From the NCBI GenBank assembly GCA_024626585.2, contig JANKJI020000004.1, forward strand, positions 135,531,370 through 135,556,768: 25,399 nt of DNA, read 5' to 3'. The notes below the pieces were generated by a model that did not search any database, was not told the origin of the DNA, and saw nothing but the letters and a program-made list of their open reading frames with translations. Both the position numbers and the translations under genes were made by a program. The DNA is from Ginkgo biloba. Lineage: Eukaryota; Plantae; Ginkgophyta. Below, piece by piece: positions 1 to 10,880 of this stretch (positions within the stretch are counted from its first letter, which is position 1; each line of letters starts with the position of its first letter).

Positions 1-1163
1 GCTTTAATAATTTATGTTATTTTATCTATTCAATATAAAAAGAAGAGCAAGTTTTCTTTGGTTCAGAGATAGTCATTTGCATATCTCCCTCATTTCTTTC
101 ATTGCATCCTGCAAATGCATAATAAATAATTGTTAAAATTTCAAATAAGAGAAAGGAATAGAAATCAAGGGCAAGGTCAATCAGGTTCCAATAGATACTC
201 GCTTACTAGAATGCTTGTAGAAGTATATAAAATGTTTTTTAAAAAAATAGATAAGATTCAATTGAAATTGCCCCCAAAAAACCTATTCTTTGCATTCATT
301 TTTCTCTTTGATCAATTCCTTTTGCATCTACTCTTCCTCTAAAATATAACTTTACTTAAATTCCTAAAATCAATGAATGCAAACTAAGAGTTTCTTAATA
401 TACTCTATTATTTACTCACATTTCCCCTACTCAAACTTCACATCTCAAACCCTATTTCTTTATTGAGGCGTGAATGCCTGAATACTTACAAAATACTCTG
501 TAAAATGAGTTTCCCAAATTCTAGTCTATTTAAGAAGAATACAGACCTTGTAATCATACTTAGTTTTCACAGAAAAAAATTAGTGTCTATTAGAGTATTC
601 ACTCCACGTAGTAATTTGACTCAGATTAATAGGCTGTCACCCCATATTTACAACAAAAAAGTGCTTAGAGAACCCTCAACTTTGGCTCTAACATTACTCC
701 AATGCCAAAGATATCACAACCTATCTTTTATCACTTGATAATGTTATAAGGGATTTCCTCATGATTTTCCTTCTTCTTCATCTGCATTAAATATAAATCT
801 ATTAATTCATCAATTTGGGCAAACTAACCTCGAGATCTTAGTTTCTTATTACTTTTTCATGCAAAATTATAAGGGCTCGGTCATGTCACATTCAAACATT
901 ATTTTCTTAAATTATATGCCTCCGTAGGATTAAGAAATTAGGACATTTTTATTATGTACAATCTAATGCAAAGAAGGCTAATGCAAAAACGTGAAAATCC
1001 ATTTCAAAATTCTAATGAAGGCTAATGCAATCACTGTTCATAAAATCTATATTTTATCAGTGANNNNNNNNNNNNNNNNNNNNNNNNNNNNNNNNNNNNN
1101 NNNNNNNNNNNNNNNNNNNNNNNNNNNNNNNNNNNNNNNNNNNNNNNNNNNNNNNNNNNNNNN

Positions 1164-2205
1164 TCCCAAAATTTATTTGGTATCCAAACAACACAGATGA
1201 GCCATGATTTTTGAGGAATTTTTGTCCAAGTTGATGTATAAATATGGAAAGGAGAATTTTGTAGAAAATTCTTTGTCAAGGGTGACACAGATAACAATAT
1301 TTTTGTTGTGTAGGGATCTTTGAGAGGAGAGATACATGAGGCACAAAAGCATGATAAATGGTGCCAAGAGATGAAGCAAACTATAGTTACTGGTGAGTAT
1401 ATACAAAATGTGTGGGTTCATGATGAGATTTTATGGTACTATAAAAGGATTGTGGTTCTAGATATTGCCTAATTAAAGTATAAGATCCTATTTGAGTTTC
1501 ATATAGTCCATTTGCTATCCNNNNNNNNNNNNNNNNNNNNNNNNNNNNNNNNNNNNNGAGGCACATGTGTTGGAAAATTATGAAGAAAAAATAATTGATT
1601 ATGTAAAGAAATGTGAATAGTGCCAAGTAAATGAAGCCATGAGAGATCATCCTGCAAGTTTGTTGATGCCTTTGCCTAATCCAAAGGGAAAATGGGGGAG
1701 CATCAACATGGATCATGTAACCTTCCTACCAAGGGTATAATAGAAACACCATCATATTTTGGTTGGTGGTTCAACTCATGAAGATAGCCAGATTTATCTA
1801 TTATAGGATGAACACATAAGGGAAAGGATATTGTTGATTTATTTACAAAGGAATTCCTCAGGAAATATAGAGTGCCAAGGAGCATAGTGAGTGATCATGA
1901 CACTAAATTTACAATCTATGTATGGATAGGTTTGTTTATATCTTTGGGCACCAAGTTGAATTTCATTAGTGGCAATCACCCTTAGAGAGATACATAGACT
2001 GAGAGGGTAAATCAAATAATGGAAAACATGTGGAGATCACATTTGGAATCTAGACAGACTAGTTGGGAGGAGAGGCTTCCATTTGTAGAGTTTGCATACA
2101 ATAAGAGTAAACATCCAGCTACAAGTATGATGATGTACCCACTTGGTGTTGGAGGATTTGATGTCAATTATGCAGCAAAAATGATTGATTAAATCCAAGG
2201 GGATA
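1164..2205 (+). mobile_element. Degenerate Ty3/Gypsy (chromovirus-type) pol remnant: RNase H C-terminus, integrase zinc finger and core
   Basis: Manual translation with stops and frameshifts. RH end: KQHR*...YKYGKENFVENSLSR (consensus YK.GKEN.VADALSR). Zinc finger: ILFEFH.SPFAI and DYVKKCE*CQ (HHCC). Core: LMPLPNPKGKWGSINMDHV, VPRSIVSDHDTKFT, LGTKLNFISGNHP*RDT*TERVNQIMENM, WEERLPFVEFAYN. RH-before-INT order is diagnostic of Ty3/Gypsy. Confidence 0.9.
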
Positions 2206-2289
2206 ATCCTCCTCACTCTTCACTACTCTAAGTCTAAAAANNNNNNNNNNNNNNNNNNNNNNNNNNNATATGGCTTATCAATCTTCTCT

Positions 2290-2492
2290 ATTATTGGATG
2301 ACGTAAAAATACATACTGTGTAGAGTTCAACACAAAAATACATGCTCTAGGAGCGCACGACAGTGTGCGCTGGTCTCTTTGACACAAAAATGTGTGTTAT
2401 CACGCGTCAAAGTCTACAACACGCCCATGCGTTAATCTTTTCTCAAAAATTAGAAAATCTTGCAAATTTATTTGACGCCTCCTGCATAGAAC
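2290..2492. other. CpG-retaining segment with a short hairpin and repeated RACRYAAAAATRYRT motifs (regulatory DNA or DNA-transposon subterminal region)
   Basis: Nine CpGs in ~200 bp against a CpG-depleted background. Stem AGCGCAC (2352-2358) / GTGCGCT (2365-2371). Related motifs gacgtaaaaatacata, aacacaaaaatacatg, gacacaaaaatgtgtg. Confidence 0.4.
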
Positions 2493-3721
2493 NNNNNNNN
2501 NNNNNNNNNNNNNNNNNNNNNNNNNNNNNNNNNNNNNNNNNNNNNNNNNNNNNNNNNNNNNNNNNNNNNNNNNNNNNNNNNNNNNNNNNNNNNNNNNNNN
2601 NNNNNNNNNNNNNNNNNNNNNNNNNNNNNNNNNNNNNNNNNNNNNNNNNNNNNNNNNNNNNNNNNNNNNNNNNNNNNNNNNNNNNNNNNNNNNNNNNNNN
2701 NNNNNNNNNNNNNNNNNNNNNNNNNNNNNNNNNNNNNNNNNNNNNNNNNNNNNNNNNNNNNNNNNNNNNNNNNNNNNNNNNNNNNNNNNNNNNNNNNNNN
2801 NNNNNNNNNNNNNNNNNNNNNNNNNNNNNNNNNNNNNNNNNNNNNNNNNNNNNNNNNNNNNNNNNNNNNNNNNNNNNNNNNNNNNNNNNNNNNNNNNNNN
2901 NNNNNNNNNNNNNNNNNNNNNNNNNNNNNNNNNNNNNNNNNNNNNNNNNNNNNNNNNNNNNNNNNNNNNNNNNNNNNNNNNNNNNNNNNNNNNNNNNNNN
3001 NNNNNNNNNNNNNNNNNNNNNNNNNNNNNNNNNNNNNNNNNNNNNNNNNNNNNNNNNNNNNNNNNNNNNNNNNNNNNNNNNNNNNNNNNNNNNNNNNNNN
3101 NNNNNNNNNNNNNNNNNNNNNNNNNNNNNNNNNNNNNNNNNNNNNNNNNNNNNNNNNNNNNNNNNNNNNNNNNNNNNNNNNNNNNNNNNNNNNNNNNNNN
3201 NNNNNNNNNNNNNNNNNNNNNNNNNNNNNNNNNNNNNNNNNNNNNNNNNNNNNNNNNNNNNNNNNNNNNNNNNNNNNNNNNNNNNNNNNNNNNNNNNNNN
3301 NNNNNNNNNNNNNNNNNNNNNNNNNNNNNNNNNNNNNNNNNNNNNNNNNNNNNNNNNNNNNNNNNNNNNNNNNNNNNNNNNNNNNNNNNNNNNNNNNNNN
3401 NNNNNNNNNNAATGATGCAAGATGAAGATTAAATAAATTGATGTAAATGTAATATGTACATTACATTCATTATTTACATATTACATTGATTATGTGAAAA
3501 AAATTGAGAGTAAGCTTCCAATGTATGTTATTAATGTTATTGGTAACATGGAAATATATTTGTGAACAATAATGATTTAATGCAAAGGTAAGATGTAGAT
3601 TATATTGATTATTTTTATATGATTGTTGAATTTACATATATGGAAAANNNNNNNNNNNNNNNNNNNNNNNNNNNNNNNNNNNNNNNNNNNNNNNNNNNNN
3701 NNNNNNNNNNNNNNNNNNNNN

Positions 3722-4965
3722 AGAGAAACATTTTTGGTGTTTCATTCATCCTTAAATATTTAATATTTCACTTAGTTTGCATTTATGTTTAGACTTATAT
3801 TTATAGGTCTTGGCATATTGTTTTTATCTAACACACTACAAAAAATGATTATATTTAAAGGGCTTGGCATAATTTTTTTTATCTAACATTCTATGGAAAA
3901 TGTATTACATTCTCATCTTTAAAATACAATCTCATAGTTCAATTTGATATGGGGGAAAACCTAAACATTATCAATGTTAATATGGTACGTGAATATGGTA
4001 TTTGTATATTTTCAACGTTAGTTGTATATTTATAGAGCTTATATGTAACTTACTATATAAAATGTATTACATTATCATTTTAACTTTACTGCTATCTCAT
4101 AGTCGACTTTCATGTGGTATGTGAAGATGCAAAGAGTTTATACATTCATTGTATATGCACGTGTAAATGCTTTATGATGCTTTCTGGCTATGTAACACTT
4201 TGTAACACTTTATGGGTTTGTAACACCAATGTTTCCAATGTTATCAATTTATCTATATTTAATATTTATTACTTAATGGATATTTATTAGTTACTATAAT
4301 TTATTTTTAACATACCATATCATTATTTCGTAAAGATATTTATAATAAATAAAAATATAGCCATATATAACCATTGACATATGATCGTCCATATCATATG
4401 CCATTTTATATATTTCATTTATATTTAAATATTTAATATTTCACATGGTTCACATTTACCTTTAGACTTATATTTGTAGGGCTTGGCATAATGTTTTTGT
4501 CTAACATACTATGGAAAATGATTATATTTAAAGGGCTTGGCATAATTTCTTTATCTAACATACTATGGAAAATTTGTTATGTTCTCATATTTAAAATACA
4601 ATCTCCTAGTTCAATTTGATATGGGGGGGAAAATAGAAACATTTTGAATATTTCATTCATCCTTAAATATTTAGTATTTCACTTGGTTTTCTTACATTTA
4701 AAGGGATTCTACGAAAAATGCTTACATTTAAAGGGCTTGGAATTTTTTTTTATCTAATATATTATGGAAAATGTATTACATTCATATTTAAAATATAATC
4801 CAATAGTTCAATTCAAAATGGGAGGGAAAGCATAAATAGTTTCAATGTTAATATGGTACGTGAGGATGGTAGTTCTATATTTTCAATGTTAATACAAGTA
4901 TATTTATAGTGATTGTATGTAACTTACTATATAAAATGTATTACATTCTCATTTTAATTTTACTG
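3722..4965 (+). repeat. Diverged direct repeat: three ~200-240 bp units with an internal ~50 bp subrepeat; two units carry a shared ~130 bp tail
   Basis: Units at ~3722-3960, ~4410-4640 and ~4635-4835 share ttcatt(c/t)at..ttaaatattta.tatttcac, atttaaagggcttgg(c)a...tatctaa.at..tatggaaaat and tagttcaatt...atggg. The tail caatgttaatatggtacgtga...tatgtaacttactatataaaatgtattacatt occurs at ~3972-4075 and ~4843-4950. Confidence 0.85.
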
Positions 4966-5019
4966 AAATTTTCTTAGTTAGCAAAGAAATTTTATGGACC
5001 ACTAGAAATAAAACTAAAG

Positions 5020-5440
5020 GACTGTTGAGACGGATTAGCAGAAGCAACTGCATTTACAGCTAAACGGAACAGTCGCAGGCAGAAGGTGAGGTCACCCAGC
5101 GCAATCGTGGAAGACAGAGCGGAGTTGAGTGAAATTTTTTGAAGCAAAGACAAACGGAAGTGAGAATAGATCAGAGATCGCCAAGTGAAACGTCACACAG
5201 TCACTCAGAATTGATAAAAAAAAATGCGTCGTGAGGTTGTAGGCGGAAGGATTATTTTTTTTGAAACTAAGGTTTGATTTTCAATTAGATCCAATTGGAA
5301 ATGTTGTTTGAAATTCGCANNNNNNNNNNNNNNNNNNNNNNNNNNNNNNNNNNNNNNNNNNNNNNNNNTTTGTTTTTAACACGAATTTAAAGTCCGTTTC
5401 TGTTCATTTGATATCTCAAGTAAAATAGCAAATGGTAAGT
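5020..5440 (+). promoter_or_regulatory. CpG-rich island; candidate promoter/5' UTR of a host gene ending in ATG followed by a consensus 5' splice donor
   Basis: Thirteen CpGs in 5021-5320, a purine-rich non-TE-like composition, and gcaaATG|GTAAGT (ATG 5432-5434, donor 5435-5440). No downstream exon was identified. Confidence 0.4.
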
Positions 5441-5684
5441 TATTTAGTTTGGAAATAATTGGTTATAGTTTTAAATACGATGAAAAGTATATTTCCAAAG
5501 TATTTTGTGTAAGTGTAAATAAAAAGGTCATATGAGCAACTAGGTGAATAAGGGAAAAAAGAGCTAAAGGAGTAAAAAAAANNNNNNNNNNNNNNNNNNN
5601 NNNNNNNNNNNNNNNNNNNNNNNNNNNNNNNNNNNNNNNNNNNNNNNNNNNNNNNNNNNNNNNNNNNNNNNNNNNNNNNNNACA

Positions 5685-6350
5685 AACTTAATTGAGAAGC
5701 TCAATGATGGAATATAACATATGGATATATCTGATCATTTATTGGCTATGCATATCCATACATTACAGTGACCTACATGAACCATTATCTTAAATGCTTT
5801 GGAATTGGTAATCCTCTTAGGAAGAGTGGATAGGTCAAAGATAATTAAATTATCTATTAGTGTTATAGTGACTCTTAGTTATTGTAAGATATGTTCTCTT
5901 AGACTTAGAGATTTTTTTAAAATCTCTAAAAGTGAAATGAAATAAGGATTTGTGTACAACTCCTTATTTATGTCAAATTTATTGAACCAATTATGTGAAG
6001 AAGGCTTAGTGCCTAGTGGTTTTGTAAATTATTAAGGATGTTTTAAAGGTGCACCATATTGGTTCATGTTGGACTTGGGGATGTTCTCCTTTAAAGATGA
6101 TTGACTAGAATTTTGGTTAGCTTGGTTCTATTGCACCTAGGACTATGTAGTAACCATGACCTCGTCAGCAAAACCAACATGGATAATGCTGGCAAAATAT
6201 AATGAATCGGGATGAGGATAAATGGTGTTGGTAGTAGGAACTTGGTTCCTTTATTGTTGAATAGGGACCCAAGCAATAGAAGCATTAGTGGTTAGAGGAG
6301 TAATATATGCTTAGGGATCGTGCACATTCTCATTGTTATTTGGAAAAGGA
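5685..6350 (-). mobile_element. Degenerate Tat/Ogre-like (non-chromovirus Ty3/Gypsy) gag-protease remnant
   Basis: Minus-strand reading FDINKELYTNPYFISLLEILKKSLSLREHILQ*L, then IIFDLSTLPKRITNSKAFKIMVHVGHCNVWICIANK*SDISIC. This resembles the Tat/Ogre pattern ISLL..L..S and I.F...LP....KAL.I.V......L.D.GS...C. The catalytic motif is decayed. Confidence 0.55.
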
Positions 6351-6429
6351 GGATATCATGGTAAAGCATGTGTTAAGTCTTTCCAAGGAGAAAAAACATA
6401 TGTCAGTTAAAGGAGGATGACATAGAGCA

Positions 6430-6810
6430 TAAAGAAGTAAAAATATAAATAAGTCTTAGTCATATTTTGAAGTGTGAAAACTTTGCACAAAAAATCACGA
6501 AGAAGTGTGAAGTTGCAAAAGAAGACATAAAATACAAGAATTGGTTGTCTTACGATAAAGTATCACGAAAAAAGTGCAATACAAGAAATATGTCAATTTT
6601 TTAAAAAATCAATGAAATATTGATATCTTGCAAATTATTATGATTAAGCACTACTAAGATATCCAGTCGCAAGTTATAACATATTTTTTAAAAACTTGGT
6701 ACAAATGTGTGATGACATAAAATATTGCACTTATCATAACTTATGACTTAAGTCATGATAAAATGCAAAAATTATGAGAAGGTGAAAGTTTTGCAACAAA
6801 GTGAATTCAT
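6430..6810. repeat. Degenerate short repeats, probably non-coding retroelement (LTR/UTR) sequence
   Basis: Recurring motifs aagtgtgaa(aact)ttgca, aatcacgaa(g/a)aagtg and aaattatgagaaggtgaaagttttgca. Confidence 0.3.
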
Positions 6811-7180
6811 GTGATTAGGTTGTAGTTGGAGAAAACTATATTTATGAGGCATTGTGTGGGGTAAATAGTAGTTAGTGTGCCTGATTTAAATTAGAAAGCA
6901 ATAAAAGGAAAAGACTATAGTAAATTATTCACAAAATGATCACAAATTCAAGTGATTTCAGAGGCTAAGCAAACTAAGTGATTTAGGCGAATTCAAAATA
7001 TTTTGAGAGTGAATTTGTGGTGAAGTGAATTATTGGCAAATAGATTAATTGAAGGATGAATGTGTAAATTTAGTTTGAAGNNNNNNNNNNNNNNNNNNNN
7101 NNNNNNNNNNNNNNNNNNNNNNNNNNNNNNNNNNNNNNNNNNNNNNNNNNNNNNNNNNNNNNNNNNNNNNNNNNNNNNNN

Positions 7181-7865
7181 TCCTTGAATATTAGATCTGA
7201 CATCAAGTCTCATCACCTCCTTAATGGAGCTAATTATACACCTTTTGAACAAAATAAGACTTAAGAATTCTTCTTGGTATCTCAATATTTATCTAAATGG
7301 TATTGCAAGTAACTTAAGGGTTTCAACCCAAAATTTGCCTCCCATCACATTCCCCTTTGCCTTGAGGTCAAACCTTCTTGACAATAACAACTAATGAACA
7401 ATTCAATTCTCAATACTATTATTAAAAATAAGGTTGAAGAGATGCTAACTATGAGAGTTATTTTTTTTTAGACTATTCTACCTACATGTCAAATATAGTA
7501 CCTATTCGTAGGAATAATGATCAAATTCAAAGCTTAAACATGGCAATACAAAATGATTATTTCTTCATTATGCATATTCAAGAAATCATTAACCAAGTTT
7601 TTATGCCATGAATCTCTTTTCAAGAAAATAAAAATATATGTATCCTGAATAAGACCACTACTAGGAGTTTCTTTCCAAATGAACTAGTTCTTATGTGGAA
7701 CCCGACTAAGAAAGACCCTAAGAAGAATACAAAGTTTTAATTTCTTTGGATTGGGCCACAAGTCATAAACAAGAATCATGATAATAATTTATATGTTCTT
7801 GCTTACCCTGATGGCACTCTCTCCTTATATATGATGAATGAACAACACCTAAAAAAATTATACCT
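7181..7865 (+). mobile_element. Tat/Ogre-like pol remnant: RT N-terminus joined directly to integrase C-terminus
   Basis: RT start: KGFNPKFASHHIPLCLEVKPS*Q...IIKNKVEEML...YMSNIVPIRRNNDQI..LNMAIQNDYFFIMHIQEIINQV. This is followed in frame by the INT GPY/F module: RSFFPNELVLMWN...TKF*FLWIGPQVI...YVLAYPDG...NEQHLKKLY. Confidence 0.85.
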
Positions 7866-7879
7866 AAATTTACCAATTA

Positions 7880-8560
7880 TTTTATGCTTTTGATTAGGGT
7901 TTCTTGTTGTTATTTCTAGGGTTTTCATGTTTCTATTATTATTCTTAGAGTTTCCTATTTCTTATGTTTCCAAGGTTTAATTTTTCTTCTAAAGTGTCTA
8001 CAAAATATCTCTATGTTTCTTCCTCTTGTCTATTATAGTATTTCTATGTTTTGTTCCTTCCAGAATTTTCCTACTTCTGATTATAGGTTATGTATGTTTC
8101 TATTTCTTTAGGGTTTCCATTTTCTTTGCTATATTTTATATTTTTCTTTTGTTTTGTTTACTAACTTGTTGTTGTATGTATTTTGTCTTGTTATGTGCTT
8201 ATATTTCTATCTTTGTCTTTAGTTTGTAAACACATTTTCTTTTCTTTTTGTTAGGATTTTAGGCTATTTTCATGATTCATGTTTTCACTTCATTGTTATT
8301 TCTTATTATTGATTGCTTCTCATCTATTTATGTTGCTTCTTCATCATTCCTAAATTGTGTATTAAATTTATGGACTTCATACGTCTCTGTGGTTGATATG
8401 TGCATCTTCTCATCTTGCTCATCTTTCTTTCATGGCTACTAACCTTCGATGGAGGTTGACTTGTCTAGTTATGTAATACTTTATCCATCCTTGTTCTTCA
8501 TTCATATTTAATTAGTCATTTTCATATCCTGTCTTCCACTAGAAACTTTATTTTTTCATT
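7880..8560 (+). other. T/pyrimidine-rich low-complexity region, likely the 3' non-coding region of the Tat/Ogre-like element
   Basis: Directly follows the integrase end. Repeated tttctatgttt/tagggtttc motifs. Long 3' non-coding regions are typical of Tat/Ogre elements. Confidence 0.5.
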
Positions 8561-8979
8561 CTACAGGTCAAGCATCGAAGAACTTGTTAAAATCGGTTAG
8601 CTCCTGATAGAGAGTTTCTTAGGGTCATATGAGGTTGCATGTGATCGACTTATCTTATGACCTATGGAACATGAGGAAACTAGATTGGTTAGAGGAGTAT
8701 ATTAATCATAGATGATATATTTACAAAGAGGAGAGGGTTTCATGGTTCTAACTCCATTTTCCCATTTGGATCAAGAACTGGTCTATAGAGATTTTGGGAT
8801 CTTCGATTATTGACACACATCTTTATGGATGTCATGTACTTATTGTATATATATTTATTTTTTTGGATTCTTGCTTAGGGTTGGGGGGCTTATCCCACCC
8901 ATACTCATTGTTGGTTGCTTATTCTCTTATTTGGTAGCCTTTTATTTTCTCTAGAGTCCTTACACTTAAGGAGGCTTTT

Positions 8980-9960
8980 CCAACATTGGCATTATATCCT
9001 CCTTTCATTTTAATTTTCCATTAAAATCATCCAAAACCTTTTTGAACCTAGTTAGGCCTTTTTCCTAGAGGGTCAGGGTCTATTCAAGGTGCATGGGACC
9101 AAAGGATATTCTCTCTCTACTTTTCTTAGTATGTCTAACAAATTTACCATTTGCATTAGTTGGGATTTTAAAATTATAAAATAGGCCATTATGATTTGCC
9201 CAATGGTTGGAAAAATTATTGGAGGAAAATATTAGGAGAAAATTATAGGGGTGAAGTTCAAATTTTTGAGGAGAATTATTGGGACAAATTATGCAGGGAT
9301 GGAAACATACAATTATAGCTATCAAAAATTCTAGAGGTAATTCTAAATCTCATTCTACCTCTACCCTACTAATGAGATTAATATAATGGATACATGATCT
9401 ATGCTAAATATTCTTTATATTACTATATATTCTTGATTTGAATCCTCTCATCCTATTTTTCCCTAGCTAATCTTTCAAATTAGATCTTCTCTGATCCCTC
9501 AGACTCATTTGAGGTAAAGACCCATTATTTTCTTGAGTAGCATTTAAAATCTCTTTGATTCTACCATCAAGCTCCATTATGATTGCATTTTTTTTGTATT
9601 CCTCCCATTTTTATTGAGGCATCCTATCGCTGGTCCCTAAGGGTCATTTTAATACTCCAAGTATTCTTCTCTTAGGTCTGTAGCATGTGTTCCCCTCCAG
9701 CTAACTATATTCACATTGTTGAAGTCCAATGGTGCTTGTTTCACATGGGCGACTTGTATTTTATCCAAAAAAATGTTGAATTCTCCTTAATATGCCCCCA
9801 CGACACTTTATTCACTCCCTCAGCTCTATGGAATCCATTATGTTCCCTATTTGATAAAGAATTCAACCATTTTGTGGCCTTGCATCTACCCCATAGTCAT
9901 GCAAAGTTGTCACGCTTGTTGTAATTATTTTAAAAATCCATTATAATTTATCAAAAGGGG
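8980..9960 (-). mobile_element. Possible degenerate retrotransposon gag remnant
   Basis: Minus-strand KATKWLNSL...NKVSWGHIKE resembles the gag pattern A..W..SL...SW...K. It is followed by an Asn/Pro-rich linker ending GPMHLE (PMELD-like; ORF 9080-9325). Confidence 0.4.
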
Positions 9961-10854
9961 ATACATTATTTTAGTCTTAGGTCATGTAATGCACTCATAT
10001 GACCTTGAGTTCCATGGGAAAGGGGCTTATATCCTTTAGTTCATTATTTTTCACTTATATCCTCTGTTCTTTTCAATCTATCTTAATAATTGCATTATTA
10101 CTACTCATATTCATGCCCTTTTGACCCATATCCATGTCACATACCTATTGTTATGCATTTTNNNNNNNNNNNNNNNNNNNNNNNNNNNNNNNNNNNNNNN
10201 NNNNNNNNNNNNNNNNNNNNNNNNNNNNNNNNNNNNNNNNNNNNNNNNNNNNNNNNNNNNNNNNNNNNNNNNNNNNNNNNNNNNNNNNNNNNNNNNNNNN
10301 NNNNNNNNNNNNNNNNNNNNNNNNNNNNNNNNNNNNNNNNNNNNNNNNNNNNNNNNNNNNNNNNNNNNNNNNNNNNNNNNNNNNNNNNNNNNNNNNNNNN
10401 NNNNNNNNNNNNNNNNNNNNNNNNNNNNNNNNNNNNNNNNNNNNNNNNNNNNNNNNNNNNNNNNNNNNNNNNNNNNNNNNNNNNNNNNNNNNNNNNNNNN
10501 NNNNNNNNNNNNNNNNNNNNNNNNNNNNNNNNNNNNNNNNNNNNNNNNNNNNNNNNNNNNNNNNNNNNNNNNNNNNNNNNNNNNNNNNNNNNNNNNNNNN
10601 NNNNNNNNNNNNNNNNNNNNNNNNNNNNNNNNNNNNNNNNNNNNNNNNNNNNNNNNNNNNNNNNNNNNNNNNNNNNNNNNNNNNNNNNNNNNNNNNNNNN
10701 NNNNNNNNNNNNNNNACCTCTTCTTCCTATTACCTAGTGTCAGATTTTAATTTTCCTTATTCTACCTAAGAGTATGTACCCATTATACTCTTTAATATGG
10801 TTATCAACCAGTTACCCCTGTCAATAAAGGAAACAAACTTAAGGCACTAGTCAA

Positions 10855-10880
10855 GTTGACCAGGTCTAAACTCGGTCAAC
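10855..10880. repeat. 26-bp imperfect palindrome
   Basis: gttgaccaggtctaaactcggtcaac differs at three positions, all transitions, from the perfect palindrome gttgaccgagtttaaactcggtcaac. Confidence 0.7.

Noticed and set aside
130-1063. Short ORFs and weak minus-strand motifs (IWGDSLLI, CDIFGIG, FCKYSGIH) suggestive of RNase H or copia integrase
   Set aside because: The motifs fall in different frames, suggest incompatible domains and lack correct spacing; not supportable by eye.
2345-2371. Helitron 3' end (hairpin plus CTAG on the minus strand)
   Set aside because: CTAG lies only one base from the stem and is followed by A rather than T; the canonical spacing is absent.
2363-3420. Long ORFs 2363-3415, 2443-3420 (and 10090-10769, 21654-22100)
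   Set aside because: They are open only because they run through N gaps.
3834-3847. CACTACAAAAAA resembling a CACTA TIR
   Set aside because: It aligns internally with catactatggaaaatg in the other repeat units, and no partner TIR was found.
3722-4965. Repeat-spacer pattern as a CRISPR array
   Set aside because: Repeats are long, diverged and lack unique regular spacers; the context is eukaryotic with no cas genes.
5020-5320. Structured ncRNA (snRNA, tRNA or telomerase RNA)
   Set aside because: No USE/TATA Pol III promoter, telomere template or cloverleaf was recognised.
8026-8229. Hydrophobic 67-aa ORF as a membrane or env-like protein (likewise 13475-13696)
   Set aside because: A consequence of T-rich low-complexity sequence; 8026 starts at TTG and neither has recognisable motifs.
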